A stretch of 64,000 bases of DNA, from contig DATKXK010000014.1 of the NCBI GenBank assembly GCA_035529075.1, positions 76,264 to 140,263 on the forward strand, given 5' to 3'. Position 1 is the first letter of the stretch. Each line of letters opens with the position of its first letter. Of this stretch, positions 42,288 to 52,626 are shown in pieces. The stretch is from Acidobacteriota bacterium (GTDB taxonomy: Bacteria > Zixibacteria > MSB-5A5 > GN15 > FEB-12). Both the position numbers and the translations under genes were made by a program. The notes under the pieces are model-generated. The model was given only the letters and a program-made list of their open reading frames with translations. It did not search any database and had not been told where the DNA came from.

Positions 42288-43199
42288 GTGGTGCTGTTTA
42301 CTGGCGGGATGAACTGGTCGTCCGTCTTCCTCCTGCTCCCGGTTGTCTTCTGGGGCTTTTCGTACATCGCCATAAAAGTCGTCTTGCGGGAGCTGGAACC
42401 GGTCGAAATGATATCCGTACGCTTTCTGCTGGCGGCGCCGACGCTCTACCTGATAATCCGGGCGAAAGGGCTGCGGGTGTGGCCGGTTCGGATGAAGGGC
42501 AGACTTATCGTGGCCGCCGGGATCGTATTCCTTCACTTCTGGGTCATGGCCGTCGGTATGAAGGAGACGTCGGCTTCCAACACGGCATGGATTCTGACCA
42601 CCGCTCCGATATTCATAGCCGGTCTTTCGTGGGTGTACCTGAAAGAGAGTTTCAACACCTTCCAGTGGGCCGGTCTGCTTCTTGCCTGCAGCGGCGTGTT
42701 TGCGCTCGTATACAACGGTGATTCCGTGAATCTCGGGTGGATCAACTCACGGGGTGACGTGATCGTGCTCGGCTCGTGTGTGACGTGGGCGTTTTACACT
42801 GTGGCCACGAGGGAAATCACGGCCAAAGTGAACCCCTTGGTGGCGACCTTCTACATGACCGGCATCGCCGGTCTGGTGTTCGTGCCGTACACGCTGGTCG
42901 TGACCGGCCCGGGCAAGTTCGTCGGCGTGCAGACGACCACGGCCGTCAGCCTGGCCTTTCTCGGCGTCTTTTGTCTGGCCTTCGCGTTCTGGCTCTGGTC
43001 GGAGGGGCTTAAGCGGCAGCCGGCGGCCGAGGTGGGGGTCTGGCTGTACGTTGAGCCTCTGATTACGATGGTGGGGGCCTGGATGCTTCTGAGTGAACCG
43101 ATAACGGTCTGGTTGCTGGTCGGCGCCCTGCTGATCTCTCTTGGCGTATGTGTCGCCCAGCGCTATGGAAGAACAAAACTCGTGGAGCACGACGCATGA
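42288..43199 (+). CDS. DMT-superfamily (EamA-like) transporter, copy 1
   Basis: Ten hydrophobic helices in two EamA halves. FWGFSYIAIKVVL and FWLWSEGLKR motifs. The start is GTG 42288 or ATG 42309. Confidence 0.8.
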   Translation: MVLFTGGMNWSSVFLLLPVVFWGFSYIAIKVVLRELEPVEMISVRFLLAAPTLYLIIRAKGLRVWPVRMKGRLIVAAGIVFLHFWVMAVGMKETSASNTAWILTTAPIFIAGLSWVYLKESFNTFQWAGLLLACSGVFALVYNGDSVNLGWINSRGDVIVLGSCVTWAFYTVATREITAKVNPLVATFYMTGIAGLVFVPYTLVVTGPGKFVGVQTTTAVSLAFLGVFCLAFAFWLWSEGLKRQPAAEVGVWLYVEPLITMVGAWMLLSEPITVWLLVGALLISLGVCVAQRYGRTKLVEHDA

Positions 43200-44065
43200 T
43201 TCTGGCACGGGTGCTGCTCTTCTTTACGGTGGTCATCTGGGGATGGACGTTCATAGCCACCAAGATTTGTCTTGAGTTCGTGACCCCTTTCGAACTGATG
43301 GGCCTTCGGTTCCTGATTGCTCTGCCGGTGCTGCTGATCTTAATATCGATCAGGGGGGTCAAGCCGGATATTCATATCCATTGGCGCCGTTTGCTTATTG
43401 GATCGGCCGTTATCACGGCTCACTTCTTCATCCAGATTTCGGGGCTGAACTACACCTCCGCGACCAACACGGGCTGGATTATTTCCGTGACGCCGCTGGT
43501 AATGGCAGTGATGGCGTTTCTTATCCTCCGCGAGCGGATATCCCGCAACGCCATGGCGGGAATCGTGATTGCCACGGTCGGGATACTCCTGCTTGTCTCC
43601 CGCGGCAAGCTGGTCGACCTCGGCTGGCTGTCTTCAACGGGAGACTGGCTCATCATGGCGTCGGCGCACACATGGGCGCTTTACACCATCGCTACCCGGG
43701 AGGTCTCCCGATCCTCCGACCCACTGGCCGTGACGGTTGCCGTTCTGTTGCCGGCGGCCGTCCTGGTCCTTGGCATCATGCTCTTCACCTCCGACTGGTC
43801 CAGGTTCATGCACCTGTCGACCGAGGCCATAATAGCGCTGCTGTTTCTCGGTCTGTTCGGTACGGCCCTGGCTCACTGGTTCTGGCAGGAGGGCGTAGCC
43901 AGGTTGGGGGCCGCAGAAGCGGGGATTTTCCTGTACCTGATACCGGTTGCCACCACGGCCCTGGCCGTGCCTTACCTCGGGGAGTCTTTTGGCCGGTTTA
44001 CGGCTGCCGGCGGATTGCTGGTTCTGGCCGGTGTCTGGTACGCTCAACGCCGCCCGAGGCAGTAA
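43196..44065 (+). CDS. DMT-superfamily (EamA-like) transporter, copy 2
   Basis: ATGA overlap with copy 1. VIWGWTFIATKICL and HWFWQEGVARLG motifs. Confidence 0.8.
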   Translation: MILARVLLFFTVVIWGWTFIATKICLEFVTPFELMGLRFLIALPVLLILISIRGVKPDIHIHWRRLLIGSAVITAHFFIQISGLNYTSATNTGWIISVTPLVMAVMAFLILRERISRNAMAGIVIATVGILLLVSRGKLVDLGWLSSTGDWLIMASAHTWALYTIATREVSRSSDPLAVTVAVLLPAAVLVLGIMLFTSDWSRFMHLSTEAIIALLFLGLFGTALAHWFWQEGVARLGAAEAGIFLYLIPVATTALAVPYLGESFGRFTAAGGLLVLAGVWYAQRRPRQ

Positions 44066-44430
44066 TCTGCCCCGCAGGTCCCCGGTCACAGCGGCAGGCG
44101 TCTAGAGGGACAAGGGACAGCGGCCCTCGTACGATTCTTTAATCTATGCACATGAAGTCGAGCCACCCGCGTAAACGCGAGTGGCTCGTGTAGGCAAAGG
44201 GACATTAACAGGACAGGGAAGTCAGTGCCAGTCTGACAGGAGGAACCCGTTGCACTTTAGAAAAGCAGATGATCCACTTTTCTTTGGCGTCCCTTGCTCA
44301 TGGCCGCCATACAGGCGCCATTGAATGTCCAGTCTCTCAGACGAGCGCCCGCCCCGCAATGTTCAATGCTTTATGATGTTTTTCGAGATTTTCTTGCCGC
44401 CCGGCTGTGCGGGCGTGTCGGTCGAGGCGC

Positions 44431-44931
44431 CTACTCCGCTCCCCGCATCGCCCGGATGACCTCGCCGGGCGACTTAATCGTCATCAGTTCCTGCCGAAAG
44501 GAGTCATACTGCAGCATTTCGGCGAGCGCCCTGAACGCCTTGAGGTACAGGCTGTCATCATAAGGCGGCGCCGCCATGACAAAAAACAGATGGGTCGGCT
44601 GGCTGTCCGTGGCCCCGAAATCGTACCCGTCCCCAGACCGCGCGAATCCCAGCATGAAATCTTTGGCTTGCATCGAGCGGATGTGCGGGACGGCCACACC
44701 TTTTCCGATACCGGTAGTCGCTTTCCTCTCCCGGTTGATAAAATCGGTGACGAGCTTTGTCCGGTTGCCGATGCGGTATGCGCCTTCCAGAAGGTCGACG
44801 AGTTCCTTGATGATCAGTTCCTTGCCGCGCTGCCGCCATTTCTCCACCGGCATCCCGTCATCGGGTGCTTCGATGACGGTGGTCATTTCGAGCTTGACTG
44901 CGTTCTCTGTCAGGTAGCGCGAGAGATTCAT
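44431..44931 (-). CDS. ptsN: PTS EIIA-type (EIIA-Ntr / PtsN-like) regulatory protein
   Basis: GIGKGVAVPHIR active-site His region and THLFFVMAAP. Confidence 0.75.
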   Translation of the reverse strand: MNLSRYLTENAVKLEMTTVIEAPDDGMPVEKWRQRGKELIIKELVDLLEGAYRIGNRTKLVTDFINRERKATTGIGKGVAVPHIRSMQAKDFMLGFARSGDGYDFGATDSQPTHLFFVMAAPPYDDSLYLKAFRALAEMLQYDSFRQELMTIKSPGEVIRAMRGAE

Positions 44932-45352
44932 ATTCTAAATGTATCGGTGCTTGACCATGCAAATTGAGCCAATTATAGGCAGACCCGGTGCGATTTGTCA
45001 AGGAGAGCGATCGGATCGAATCCTTGCATCATCGCCTGATTGCACGTCAGGGCGCTAATCGGCGCATGCGACGAGAATGGAATTCGCGCGCCGCGCGACG
45101 ATCACCGGCCGTGCGGTCGGCCGGTCCGCTTCCGGTGGCCAAAGCCAGGGACAGCCCACCGTGCGAGACTGATTCATCCTGAAGGAACGCACACTATACT
45201 GGTGTGGTCAGGCTGGCGGGGTCTGCCGTGGCCGGGCCCGGCATCCTATTGACTTCCCGTTTCAAAAAGCGTACTTTTGGCCGGAACCAGGCGGCCCTTG
45301 GCTCTTAACCGGCAGAGGGAATTGCCGATAATACAATAAGATAGACGGATTA

Positions 45353-47209
45353 ATGGAGGACTGGGTGCCCCCATTTTCGGAGCTTAAGCGAACCCATACA
45401 TGCGGTGAAATCAGGCCGACTCACGTCGGCCGGAGAGTCTGCCTCAACGGCTGGGTACACGGCTACCGTAACCTGGGCGGCGTGTTATTTATCGATCTCC
45501 GTGACACGTACGGCCTGACGCAGATCGTCGTGAATCCCGAGTCCATCGCCCCGGACATGCATCGGGCTGCTGAACGTTCCCGGGCTGAGTTTGTCGTCGC
45601 CGTCAGGGGGGTGGTCCGCGAGCGGCCGGACGGCAGTGTCAACCCGAAGCTGGACACCGGCGCAATCGAGGTGGCGGCCGAAGAATATCATATCCTCTCC
45701 GAGTCCGAGACACCGCCGTTTGAGATCGTTGACGATCCGCACGCCAGCGAGCAGCTCCGTTTCGAATTCCGCTACCTTGACCTTCGACGCAAGCCTCTGC
45801 AGGACAATCTGAAACTCCGGCACGACGTAACCCTGGCGGTGCGAAACCACATGAGTTCGGTCGGTTTTCGCGAGATAGAAACGCCGATGTTGATACGTTC
45901 GACTCCCGAGGGCGCCCGCGATTACGTTGTCCCGAGCCGTATTTACAAGGGCAGATTTTACGCTTTGCCCCAGTCGCCGCAGTTGCTCAAGCAGATTCTG
46001 ATGATCGCCGGTTTCGACAGGTACTTTCAGATCGCCCGCTGCCTTCGGGACGAGGACCTCCGCTCCGACCGCCAGCCGGAGCATACGCAGATCGACATGG
46101 AAATGTCGTTCGTCACTCCCGAGGACGTGTTTGCGGTCATTGAAGAGCTGATGACGTACCTTTTCAAGGCCGTGCTAAACGTCAGTGTCGAATCGCCTTT
46201 TCCGAGGCTGACCTATGATGAGGTCATGTCGCGGTGGGGGGTCGACAAACCGGACCTTCGCTTCGGCATGGAGATTGTCGACCTGTCTGATGACGTGCGA
46301 GACTGCGGATTTCGCGTTTTTGCCGAGAACGTCGGGTCAGGCGGAGTGGTCAAGGGCATCGTCCTTCCCGGCGGGGCGGCGCTTTCGCGCAAGCAGCTCG
46401 ATGAGGTCAGCGAGAAGGCGAAGGCATTCGGGGCCGGCGGGCTGGCCTGGGTTCTTCGTGACGAATCGGGAGACAGATCGCCGATCCTGAAATTTATCGG
46501 CGACTCGGTCAAGGACGGGTTGTGCCAGCGGGCGAAGGCCGGGAAAGGGGACGCCCTGTTTATCGTCTCGGACAAACCGGGGGCGACTGAAAAAATCCTT
46601 GGGCAGTTGCGCCTTCACCTGGCGCGGCAGCAGGGACTGATTCCCCCGGACGTCTACCGGTTTCTCTGGGTAACGGATTTTCCGCTGTTTGAGTTTGACG
46701 AAGAGAGCGGCCGTTTGGCCGCCATGCACAATATCGTTTCGCATCCCCTCGAGGAACACGTGTCGCTCATTGACGAGGGATTCGGCAGCGCCATAGCGGT
46801 GGCCGATCCCGGTCATCCCTGGCGCCGGGTCAAGGCATTGCAGTACGACCTGGTAGTCAACGGCTGGGAGATCGGCTCGGGAGGCCAGCGCATCAACCGA
46901 CGCGAACTCCAGGAAAAGGTCCTTGAGATACTGGGCATAGACCGTCAGCGGGCCGAGCGAATGTTCGGCTTTCTCCTGCGAGCCTTGCAGTACGGTGCCC
47001 CGCCGCATGCCGGTATTGCGCTGGGTCTTGACCGGCTGGTCTGCCTGATGGCCGGCACCGCCAATATTCGTGACGTCATTGCCTTTCCCAAGACGACCAA
47101 CGCCACTTCGCTGATGGATAATTGCCCCGCCCCCATTGACCCGGAGCAACTTCAGGAGCTCGGTCTGATCGTCAAGGGGGGCGATGCGGCGGGGATCGGT
47201 GAGCGGTGA
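45353..47209 (+). CDS. aspS: Aspartate--tRNA ligase
   Basis: RTHTCGEIR, GWVHGYRNLGGVLFIDLRDTYG OB-fold, class II motifs FYALPQSPQL and FRDEDLRSDRQPEHTQID, and GIALGLDRLV. Confidence 0.93.
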   Translation: MEDWVPPFSELKRTHTCGEIRPTHVGRRVCLNGWVHGYRNLGGVLFIDLRDTYGLTQIVVNPESIAPDMHRAAERSRAEFVVAVRGVVRERPDGSVNPKLDTGAIEVAAEEYHILSESETPPFEIVDDPHASEQLRFEFRYLDLRRKPLQDNLKLRHDVTLAVRNHMSSVGFREIETPMLIRSTPEGARDYVVPSRIYKGRFYALPQSPQLLKQILMIAGFDRYFQIARCLRDEDLRSDRQPEHTQIDMEMSFVTPEDVFAVIEELMTYLFKAVLNVSVESPFPRLTYDEVMSRWGVDKPDLRFGMEIVDLSDDVRDCGFRVFAENVGSGGVVKGIVLPGGAALSRKQLDEVSEKAKAFGAGGLAWVLRDESGDRSPILKFIGDSVKDGLCQRAKAGKGDALFIVSDKPGATEKILGQLRLHLARQQGLIPPDVYRFLWVTDFPLFEFDEESGRLAAMHNIVSHPLEEHVSLIDEGFGSAIAVADPGHPWRRVKALQYDLVVNGWEIGSGGQRINRRELQEKVLEILGIDRQRAERMFGFLLRALQYGAPPHAGIALGLDRLVCLMAGTANIRDVIAFPKTTNATSLMDNCPAPIDPEQLQELGLIVKGGDAAGIGER

Positions 47210-48189
47210 GTCCCGACGTAGAAAAGAGAAAGAGCGCTACTTTCAGCATTGAAGGAATCGATCCGCGGCTGCTGTTCGGCCAGAGCGCGAGCCTCCTGAG
47301 GCTGATCGAATCGAACTTCCTGGCCCGGATCGTGGCCCGGGGCGACGTCATTCAGATTGACGGAGAGCCTGGCGAGGTCGAGCAGATTCTCCGCGTGTTC
47401 AGTGACCTGACCACGCGGATCAAACAGGGGGACATCATCACCGCGCAGTACGTGAACTATGCGATCACCATGGTCCGTGAGAGCGGCGCCGGCCCGGCCG
47501 AGCAAATCTCCACCGAGGCGCTGCTGACCAACTCTCTCAGGAAGGTGATCCGGCCGAAGACCGTGGGACAGAGCCGGTACGTGGAGGCAGTCGACAAGAA
47601 CGACATCGTCTTTGCCATCGGGCCGGCCGGGACCGGCAAGACGTACCTCGCGGTGGCGGTGGCGGTGGCGGAATTGAAGGCCAAGCGCGTCAATCGCATC
47701 GTCTTCACGCGTCCGGCCGTGGAAGCAGGCGAATCGCTCGGCTTCCTTCCGGGCGACATCCGGGCCAAGGTCGATCCGTACCTGCGCCCCATCTACGACG
47801 CCCTGTACGACATGCTCCAGCCGGACAAAATTCGCAAGTTGCTCGAGATGGGAGTCGTGGAGATCGCACCGCTGGCCTTCATGCGCGGCCGGACACTCAA
47901 CGAAGCGTTCGTGGTGCTCGACGAAGCCCAGAATACGACCAGCGCACAGATGAAAATGTTCCTGACGCGGATAGGGGAGGGGTCAAAGGCGGTCATCACG
48001 GGGGACATAACACAGATTGATCTTAACGACCGGCAAGCCTCCGGCCTGGTAAAGGTGCAGAAGATCCTGAAGAAAATCCCCGGAATCGAATTTATCTACC
48101 TGAGCGAAAAAGACGTTATCCGCCATCACCTCGTGCAGAATATAATCCGGGCGTACGAAAAGTATGAGAACCATAAAAGCCGGAAGTAG
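47206..48189 (+). CDS. phoH: PhoH-family ATPase
   Basis: GTGA overlap with aspS. Walker A GPAGTGKTYLAV, RGRTLNEAFVVLDEAQN and ITGDITQIDL. Confidence 0.9.
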   Translation: MSPDVEKRKSATFSIEGIDPRLLFGQSASLLRLIESNFLARIVARGDVIQIDGEPGEVEQILRVFSDLTTRIKQGDIITAQYVNYAITMVRESGAGPAEQISTEALLTNSLRKVIRPKTVGQSRYVEAVDKNDIVFAIGPAGTGKTYLAVAVAVAELKAKRVNRIVFTRPAVEAGESLGFLPGDIRAKVDPYLRPIYDALYDMLQPDKIRKLLEMGVVEIAPLAFMRGRTLNEAFVVLDEAQNTTSAQMKMFLTRIGEGSKAVITGDITQIDLNDRQASGLVKVQKILKKIPGIEFIYLSEKDVIRHHLVQNIIRAYEKYENHKSRK

Positions 48190-48210
48190 GGCAGGGCCGG
48201 TGCAGCTAAA

Positions 48211-50457
48211 ATGTTTTCTATTCTGTTGAAAATCAAGCGGAAGGTCAAGAGGCTGTTGCGGGCCCAGACCGAGAGCCGGCAGCAGCAGGCACCCACTCGC
48301 CGCTCGCGGCTCACAAAGGTGGCGATGCTGGTGGTGGCCTCGGCGTTGATTGGCCTGCTCTATCCGGGTGAAGTCCTGTATGATCCGCTCGACATGCCCC
48401 GGCGCGGAGAACTGGCTCCCGACGATGTCATCGCGCCGTTCCAGATCACGATATACAAGAGCCCCCGCGAGATCGCCGATGAGGAGGAGATGGTTCGTTT
48501 TTCCATTCCCTTCGTGCTTGACTGTGACACGAGCATCGTCAATTCGACCTACCGCGGCCTGAGACGCTTTGTCGCTCTCGTCGACTCGCTTCGTGCGTCG
48601 GTGCCCGTCGACTCCATCGAAGAGCTGGAGCGGCTCGATCTGGTTTCGGCGCGCTTCCCCATGTTGAGCCGAACGGCCATCAGCAAGGTCCTGACCGACA
48701 CGAATGACGTGGCCGTTCTCCATGGCCGCCTGGAGCGCATTTACTCGGACGACATATACGATGTCGGCGTGCTGAGATCGCTGAGCGAGGTTCCGGAACA
48801 GCGCAACAAGTCGGTACTTGTCAGGCAGGGTGATCGCGAGAGCATATACCAGCGTAACCGTTTGCTCGACGTTCCCCTGGCTAACGCCCGGCTGCTGACG
48901 GCACTGAACCGCCTGAGCGCCGTCGACTCGATAGACGTCGAATACTACTATCTGATCGGTCGGATCTTCATCCAGCCTTGCCTGTGGCCCAATACCGAGG
49001 AGTATAATCGCCGCGTGGCCGACGAACTGGCGCGGGTGTCGAACGTCAAGGAAGTGGTCAACACCGGCGACGTCATTGTCAGCGCGCGTCATAAGGTTTC
49101 CGAGCGACAGGAGGAAATCCTTCAGGAAATGGCCCGCTACCTGTACTCCCAGACGGCCGGCCGCCACTGGCTGGTTGCTCTGCTTCCGCTTCTTGCCCGC
49201 GTCCTGCTCGTGCTGGCCGCGTTCGCCGCGCTGTACCTCTTTCTGTATTATTTCAGGCGGCAGATATACAACTCCAATCCCAAGGTCCTGGCTCTCTTCA
49301 TCGTGTTTGCTTTGCAGCTTTTCCTGCTGTATCTCGTCGATCAGCTTGGATTGAAATCGATCTATGCTTACCCGGTAGCCGTGCTGCCGATCATGGTGAC
49401 AATCCTGTTTGACGCCGAGGTGGGGATTCTCACCACCATCATTCTGGCCCTCCTGCTCGGCATCATGCATCGGTTCAGTTTTTCCATAACCCTCCTGACC
49501 GCCCTGGTCGGTATCGTGGCCTGCTTCTCGTCTCGAATGGTGCGGAAAAGGTCCGACTTCTACCGGATTATGCTCCTGGTCGTGCTCTCCTACGTGATTG
49601 TGATCGTAGTGGTCGAGAACCTCAAGCTAAGCCCCAACGAAGAGATCCTGACCGAACTGGCCTACGGCATAGGCATCGGCCTGGTGTCCGTTCTGCTGAC
49701 CATCGGCATCCTGCCGGTCATCGAGTCGCTTTTCGGGATCACGACGGACATCACCCTGCTGGAGCTTTCTGACCTTAACCACCCGCTGCTCAAGCGGCTG
49801 GCCATCGAGGCGCCCGGGACGTATCATCACTCGATCATTGTGGGCAACCTCAGCGAGGCGGCCGCCAAGACCATCAACGCCAACTCGTTGCTGGCGCGTG
49901 TCGGCGCCTACTACCACGACATCGGCAAGATCGAGATACCGGAGTACTTCGTCGAAAACCAGCTCAGCATCAAGTCCAAACACGACTCGCTGACGCCGTC
50001 CATGTCGGCTCTCATCCTGGCCTCGCACGTGAAGAAGGGGCGCCTCCTCGGCGAGGAGGCGGACATCCCTGACGACGTCCTCAATTTCATCGAGGAACAC
50101 CACGGGACCATGGTGATGAGCTACTTCTACAACCGGGCGCGGGAACAGGGCGCGGATGAGTCTGCCATCGATAAGTTTCGCTATCCCGGTCCCAAGCCAC
50201 AGACTCGGGAGACCGGCATAGCCATGGTGTCCGACGCCGTCGAGGCGGCCAGTCGCACGCTGGATGATCCCAAGCCGGCCCGTATTGAGAATCTCATTCA
50301 GCGGATTATCAATGACCGTTTCCAGTCCGGCGAGCTGGACGAGTGCCCGCTGACGCTGAAGGACCTGGCCAGAATAAAGGAGGCTTTTACCCAGGTTCTT
50401 ATCGCGGCCTTTCACCGTCGCGTGGAATACCCGCATGAAGACAAAGCCAAGGTCTGA
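48211..50457 (+). CDS. pgpH: 7TM-HD membrane phosphohydrolase (PgpH/YqfF-like)
   Basis: Extracellular N-terminal domain, 7 TM helices, then HD domain HHSIIVGNL...YYHDIGK...HHGT. Confidence 0.8.
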   Translation: MFSILLKIKRKVKRLLRAQTESRQQQAPTRRSRLTKVAMLVVASALIGLLYPGEVLYDPLDMPRRGELAPDDVIAPFQITIYKSPREIADEEEMVRFSIPFVLDCDTSIVNSTYRGLRRFVALVDSLRASVPVDSIEELERLDLVSARFPMLSRTAISKVLTDTNDVAVLHGRLERIYSDDIYDVGVLRSLSEVPEQRNKSVLVRQGDRESIYQRNRLLDVPLANARLLTALNRLSAVDSIDVEYYYLIGRIFIQPCLWPNTEEYNRRVADELARVSNVKEVVNTGDVIVSARHKVSERQEEILQEMARYLYSQTAGRHWLVALLPLLARVLLVLAAFAALYLFLYYFRRQIYNSNPKVLALFIVFALQLFLLYLVDQLGLKSIYAYPVAVLPIMVTILFDAEVGILTTIILALLLGIMHRFSFSITLLTALVGIVACFSSRMVRKRSDFYRIMLLVVLSYVIVIVVVENLKLSPNEEILTELAYGIGIGLVSVLLTIGILPVIESLFGITTDITLLELSDLNHPLLKRLAIEAPGTYHHSIIVGNLSEAAAKTINANSLLARVGAYYHDIGKIEIPEYFVENQLSIKSKHDSLTPSMSALILASHVKKGRLLGEEADIPDDVLNFIEEHHGTMVMSYFYNRAREQGADESAIDKFRYPGPKPQTRETGIAMVSDAVEAASRTLDDPKPARIENLIQRIINDRFQSGELDECPLTLKDLARIKEAFTQVLIAAFHRRVEYPHEDKAKV

Positions 50458-50894
50458 TGAGACTGCTGACGTTCAGAGAATGCAAAACCCGTCTTCCCGC
50501 CGGAAAGATACGTCGCCTTTTCGAACTTGTTGTCGACGGGGAGGCGGATCCCGGGTGGCAGGGCTCTGTCAATCTGATACTCACCACCGACCGCCGAATC
50601 CGCAAGCTCAACCGGGAATTCCTGGGAAAAGACAGCGCGACCGACGTGCTTTCGTTCAACATAGACGACCCGCAGTCACGCCGGAGCGTCTTCGGCGAGA
50701 TATATATCTCCGTCGACACCGCCGCCAGACAGGCCCGGCAGCACGGGGCCAGCCTGGCGCGGGAATACCTGCGGCTCATCGGCCACGGGCTTCTGCACCT
50801 GTTCGGCTACGACCATGAGAAGAAGCGTCCTGCCGCCCGCATGCGGCAGCGCGAAGATTACTACCTTTCGCGGCTGGAGGAAGGGGCGTCATGA
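50457..50894 (+). CDS. ybeY: rRNA maturation endoribonuclease YbeY
   Basis: Zinc motif HGLLHLFGYDH, and ATDVLSF. Confidence 0.9.
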   Translation: MRLLTFRECKTRLPAGKIRRLFELVVDGEADPGWQGSVNLILTTDRRIRKLNREFLGKDSATDVLSFNIDDPQSRRSVFGEIYISVDTAARQARQHGASLAREYLRLIGHGLLHLFGYDHEKKRPAARMRQREDYYLSRLEEGAS

Positions 50895-52168
50895 TTCTGG
50901 TCCTCCTGTCCATTGTCCTGGTTATCGGCCTTTACGTGAGCGCTTACCTGGTGTCGCTGTATTCACTGGCCGTATACATAGACCCGGAGAAGGTAGAGTC
51001 GCTGTTTGCCGGTCAGTCCCGTCGTCGGCAGCGGCTGCTGAAGAAACTGGCCTCGGATTCGCGGGCTTTACTGCAGATTGCGGCATTCTACAAATCATTC
51101 TCTCTCATTGCCGTCACCGGGCTGGCTCTTCTCATGCTCAGGTGGCTCGCCGCCGTCGTTGAAACGGGCATCTATGTCACCGCCGTGCCCGGCCTGCTGC
51201 TCGTCTGGCTGTTATATATCGCTTTCGTGGAATACCTCCCCCGTCGGCATTCACGAAGGGCCATCAGCAGCCCGATGAGCCGGTACCTGTGGCTCATCTC
51301 GGTCCTGTATCATACGTTCTTTCCCGTCGTTGCCTTGTACCGTCGCGGGCTCAGTCGGGTCAGCCAGGAAGATAGAGTCACCGAGGAGGAAAAAGAGGAG
51401 ATCGTCGAGCGCGCCATCGAGACCCTGGCCGAGCAAGCCGGTATCGGTGAAGCCATCGTTGAGGAGGACGAGAAGGAAATGATCGGTCACATCTTCCTTC
51501 TCGACCAGACGGTAGTGCGGGAAATCATGTCTCCCCGCATGGACATCACCGGAATCGAACGATCCACCGGCTTCTCGGAGATACAGGAGATTGTGCGCCG
51601 AGACGGCCATTCCCGGTTCCCCGTGTTCGAGGAAGTCATCGACAGGATCATCGGCATCCTGTACGTAAAGGACCTGTTTAACAACATGCCCAAACCGGGA
51701 GAAGAGTTCGTCATCTCCAGGTACCTTCGCAAACCCTCCTTTGTTCCGGAATCGAAGGTCATCGGCGATCTCTTGCGTGAGTTTCGAGCCAAGAAGCAGC
51801 ATATCGCTATTGTCGTCGACGAATACGGCGGGGTCTCCGGGCTGGTCACGCTTGAAGACATTCTCGAGGAGATTGTCGGCGAGATCCAGGACGAGCACGA
51901 TGCCGAAGAGGCTCCGTTCGTGAAGCTTCTTGACGGACAGTATCTGGTGGATGCTTCACTGCTGGTCGAGGACTTGCAGGAGAGCCTCGGTACCGACTAC
52001 GAGCAGGGAGACTATGACACCGTGGGCGGTCTGATTTATGACCTGGTCAGTTCGGTGCCGGATGAAGGGGCCAAAGTCAGTTGGCACGGATTCGAGTTTG
52101 AGGTCATCCGTGTCGAAGGACAGCGGATCAAGAAGGTGAAGGTGCGCAGCAAGCGGCCGCAGGGATAG
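50891..52168 (+). CDS. corC: CNNM/CorC/TlyC-family protein (DUF21 + CBS pair + CorC_HlyC)
   Basis: ATGA overlap with ybeY. N-terminal TM domain, VREIMSPRMDI, HIAIVVDEYGGVSGLVTLEDILEEIVGEI, and C-terminal transporter-associated domain. Confidence 0.85.
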   Translation: MILVLLSIVLVIGLYVSAYLVSLYSLAVYIDPEKVESLFAGQSRRRQRLLKKLASDSRALLQIAAFYKSFSLIAVTGLALLMLRWLAAVVETGIYVTAVPGLLLVWLLYIAFVEYLPRRHSRRAISSPMSRYLWLISVLYHTFFPVVALYRRGLSRVSQEDRVTEEEKEEIVERAIETLAEQAGIGEAIVEEDEKEMIGHIFLLDQTVVREIMSPRMDITGIERSTGFSEIQEIVRRDGHSRFPVFEEVIDRIIGILYVKDLFNNMPKPGEEFVISRYLRKPSFVPESKVIGDLLREFRAKKQHIAIVVDEYGGVSGLVTLEDILEEIVGEIQDEHDAEEAPFVKLLDGQYLVDASLLVEDLQESLGTDYEQGDYDTVGGLIYDLVSSVPDEGAKVSWHGFEFEVIRVEGQRIKKVKVRSKRPQG

Positions 52169-52489
52169 TGCGCACCGCGCCGCAGAATGCATCCAGGGGC
52201 TGCTGTGCTTGATTCACCGGGATCTGGCTGGGGGGAGCGGGCTGTTGCAACACCAAAAAAGCCAGGCCGTCTGTAGCCCAATCCCGCGCCTTGCAGGGGG
52301 CATATTCTCAAGCTAAGTGCCGTGTGTTCAACGTATTGTGTGATCACTGTGTGAGTTGCTGAGCGCACACTCGACGCGGAGTTCATATCTGATGCTGTGC
52401 GTGAGAAGTCGCATCCGGCGGGCTCAAGAGCCAGCGAATTGGGCTCTGCGAGTTGCCCGGCGCAAATTCTGCGTCCCCTAAGATATTCC

Positions 52490-52518
52490 TTGACAAGAGA
52501 TTGGCTGGGTCGTACATT
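52490..52518 (+). promoter_or_regulatory. Sigma-70-like promoter TTGACA-N17-TACATT
   Basis: TTGACA at 52490-52495 and TACATT at 52513-52518, about 110 nt before the small ORF. Confidence 0.3.
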
Positions 52519-52626
52519 TATAGGGGCAAGATATGCGCCGGAGGGAAATTCACTGCGCAAGAATTATTTGTGTGAACCTGTAAGACAATTCGATTGTTAT
52601 CGTCTTAATATCAGGAGGATAGGTTT

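Noticed and set aside
43381-44142. 253-aa plus-strand ORF in an alternative frame
   Set aside because: It overlaps the second EamA transporter gene out of frame. It is R/G/P-rich, whereas the transporter frame gives clean TM helices.
44159-44190. Strong 12-bp hairpin CGAGCCAC-C-CGCG-TAAA-CGCG-A-GTGGCTCG downstream of the EamA pair
   Set aside because: No T-run follows on either strand and it lies about 95 nt from the stop codon. It could be a Rho-independent-like structure or an RNA stability element, but I cannot support a specific call.
47983-49470. 495-aa minus-strand ORF
   Set aside because: It is antisense to phoH and the pgpH-like gene, both of which carry diagnostic motifs.
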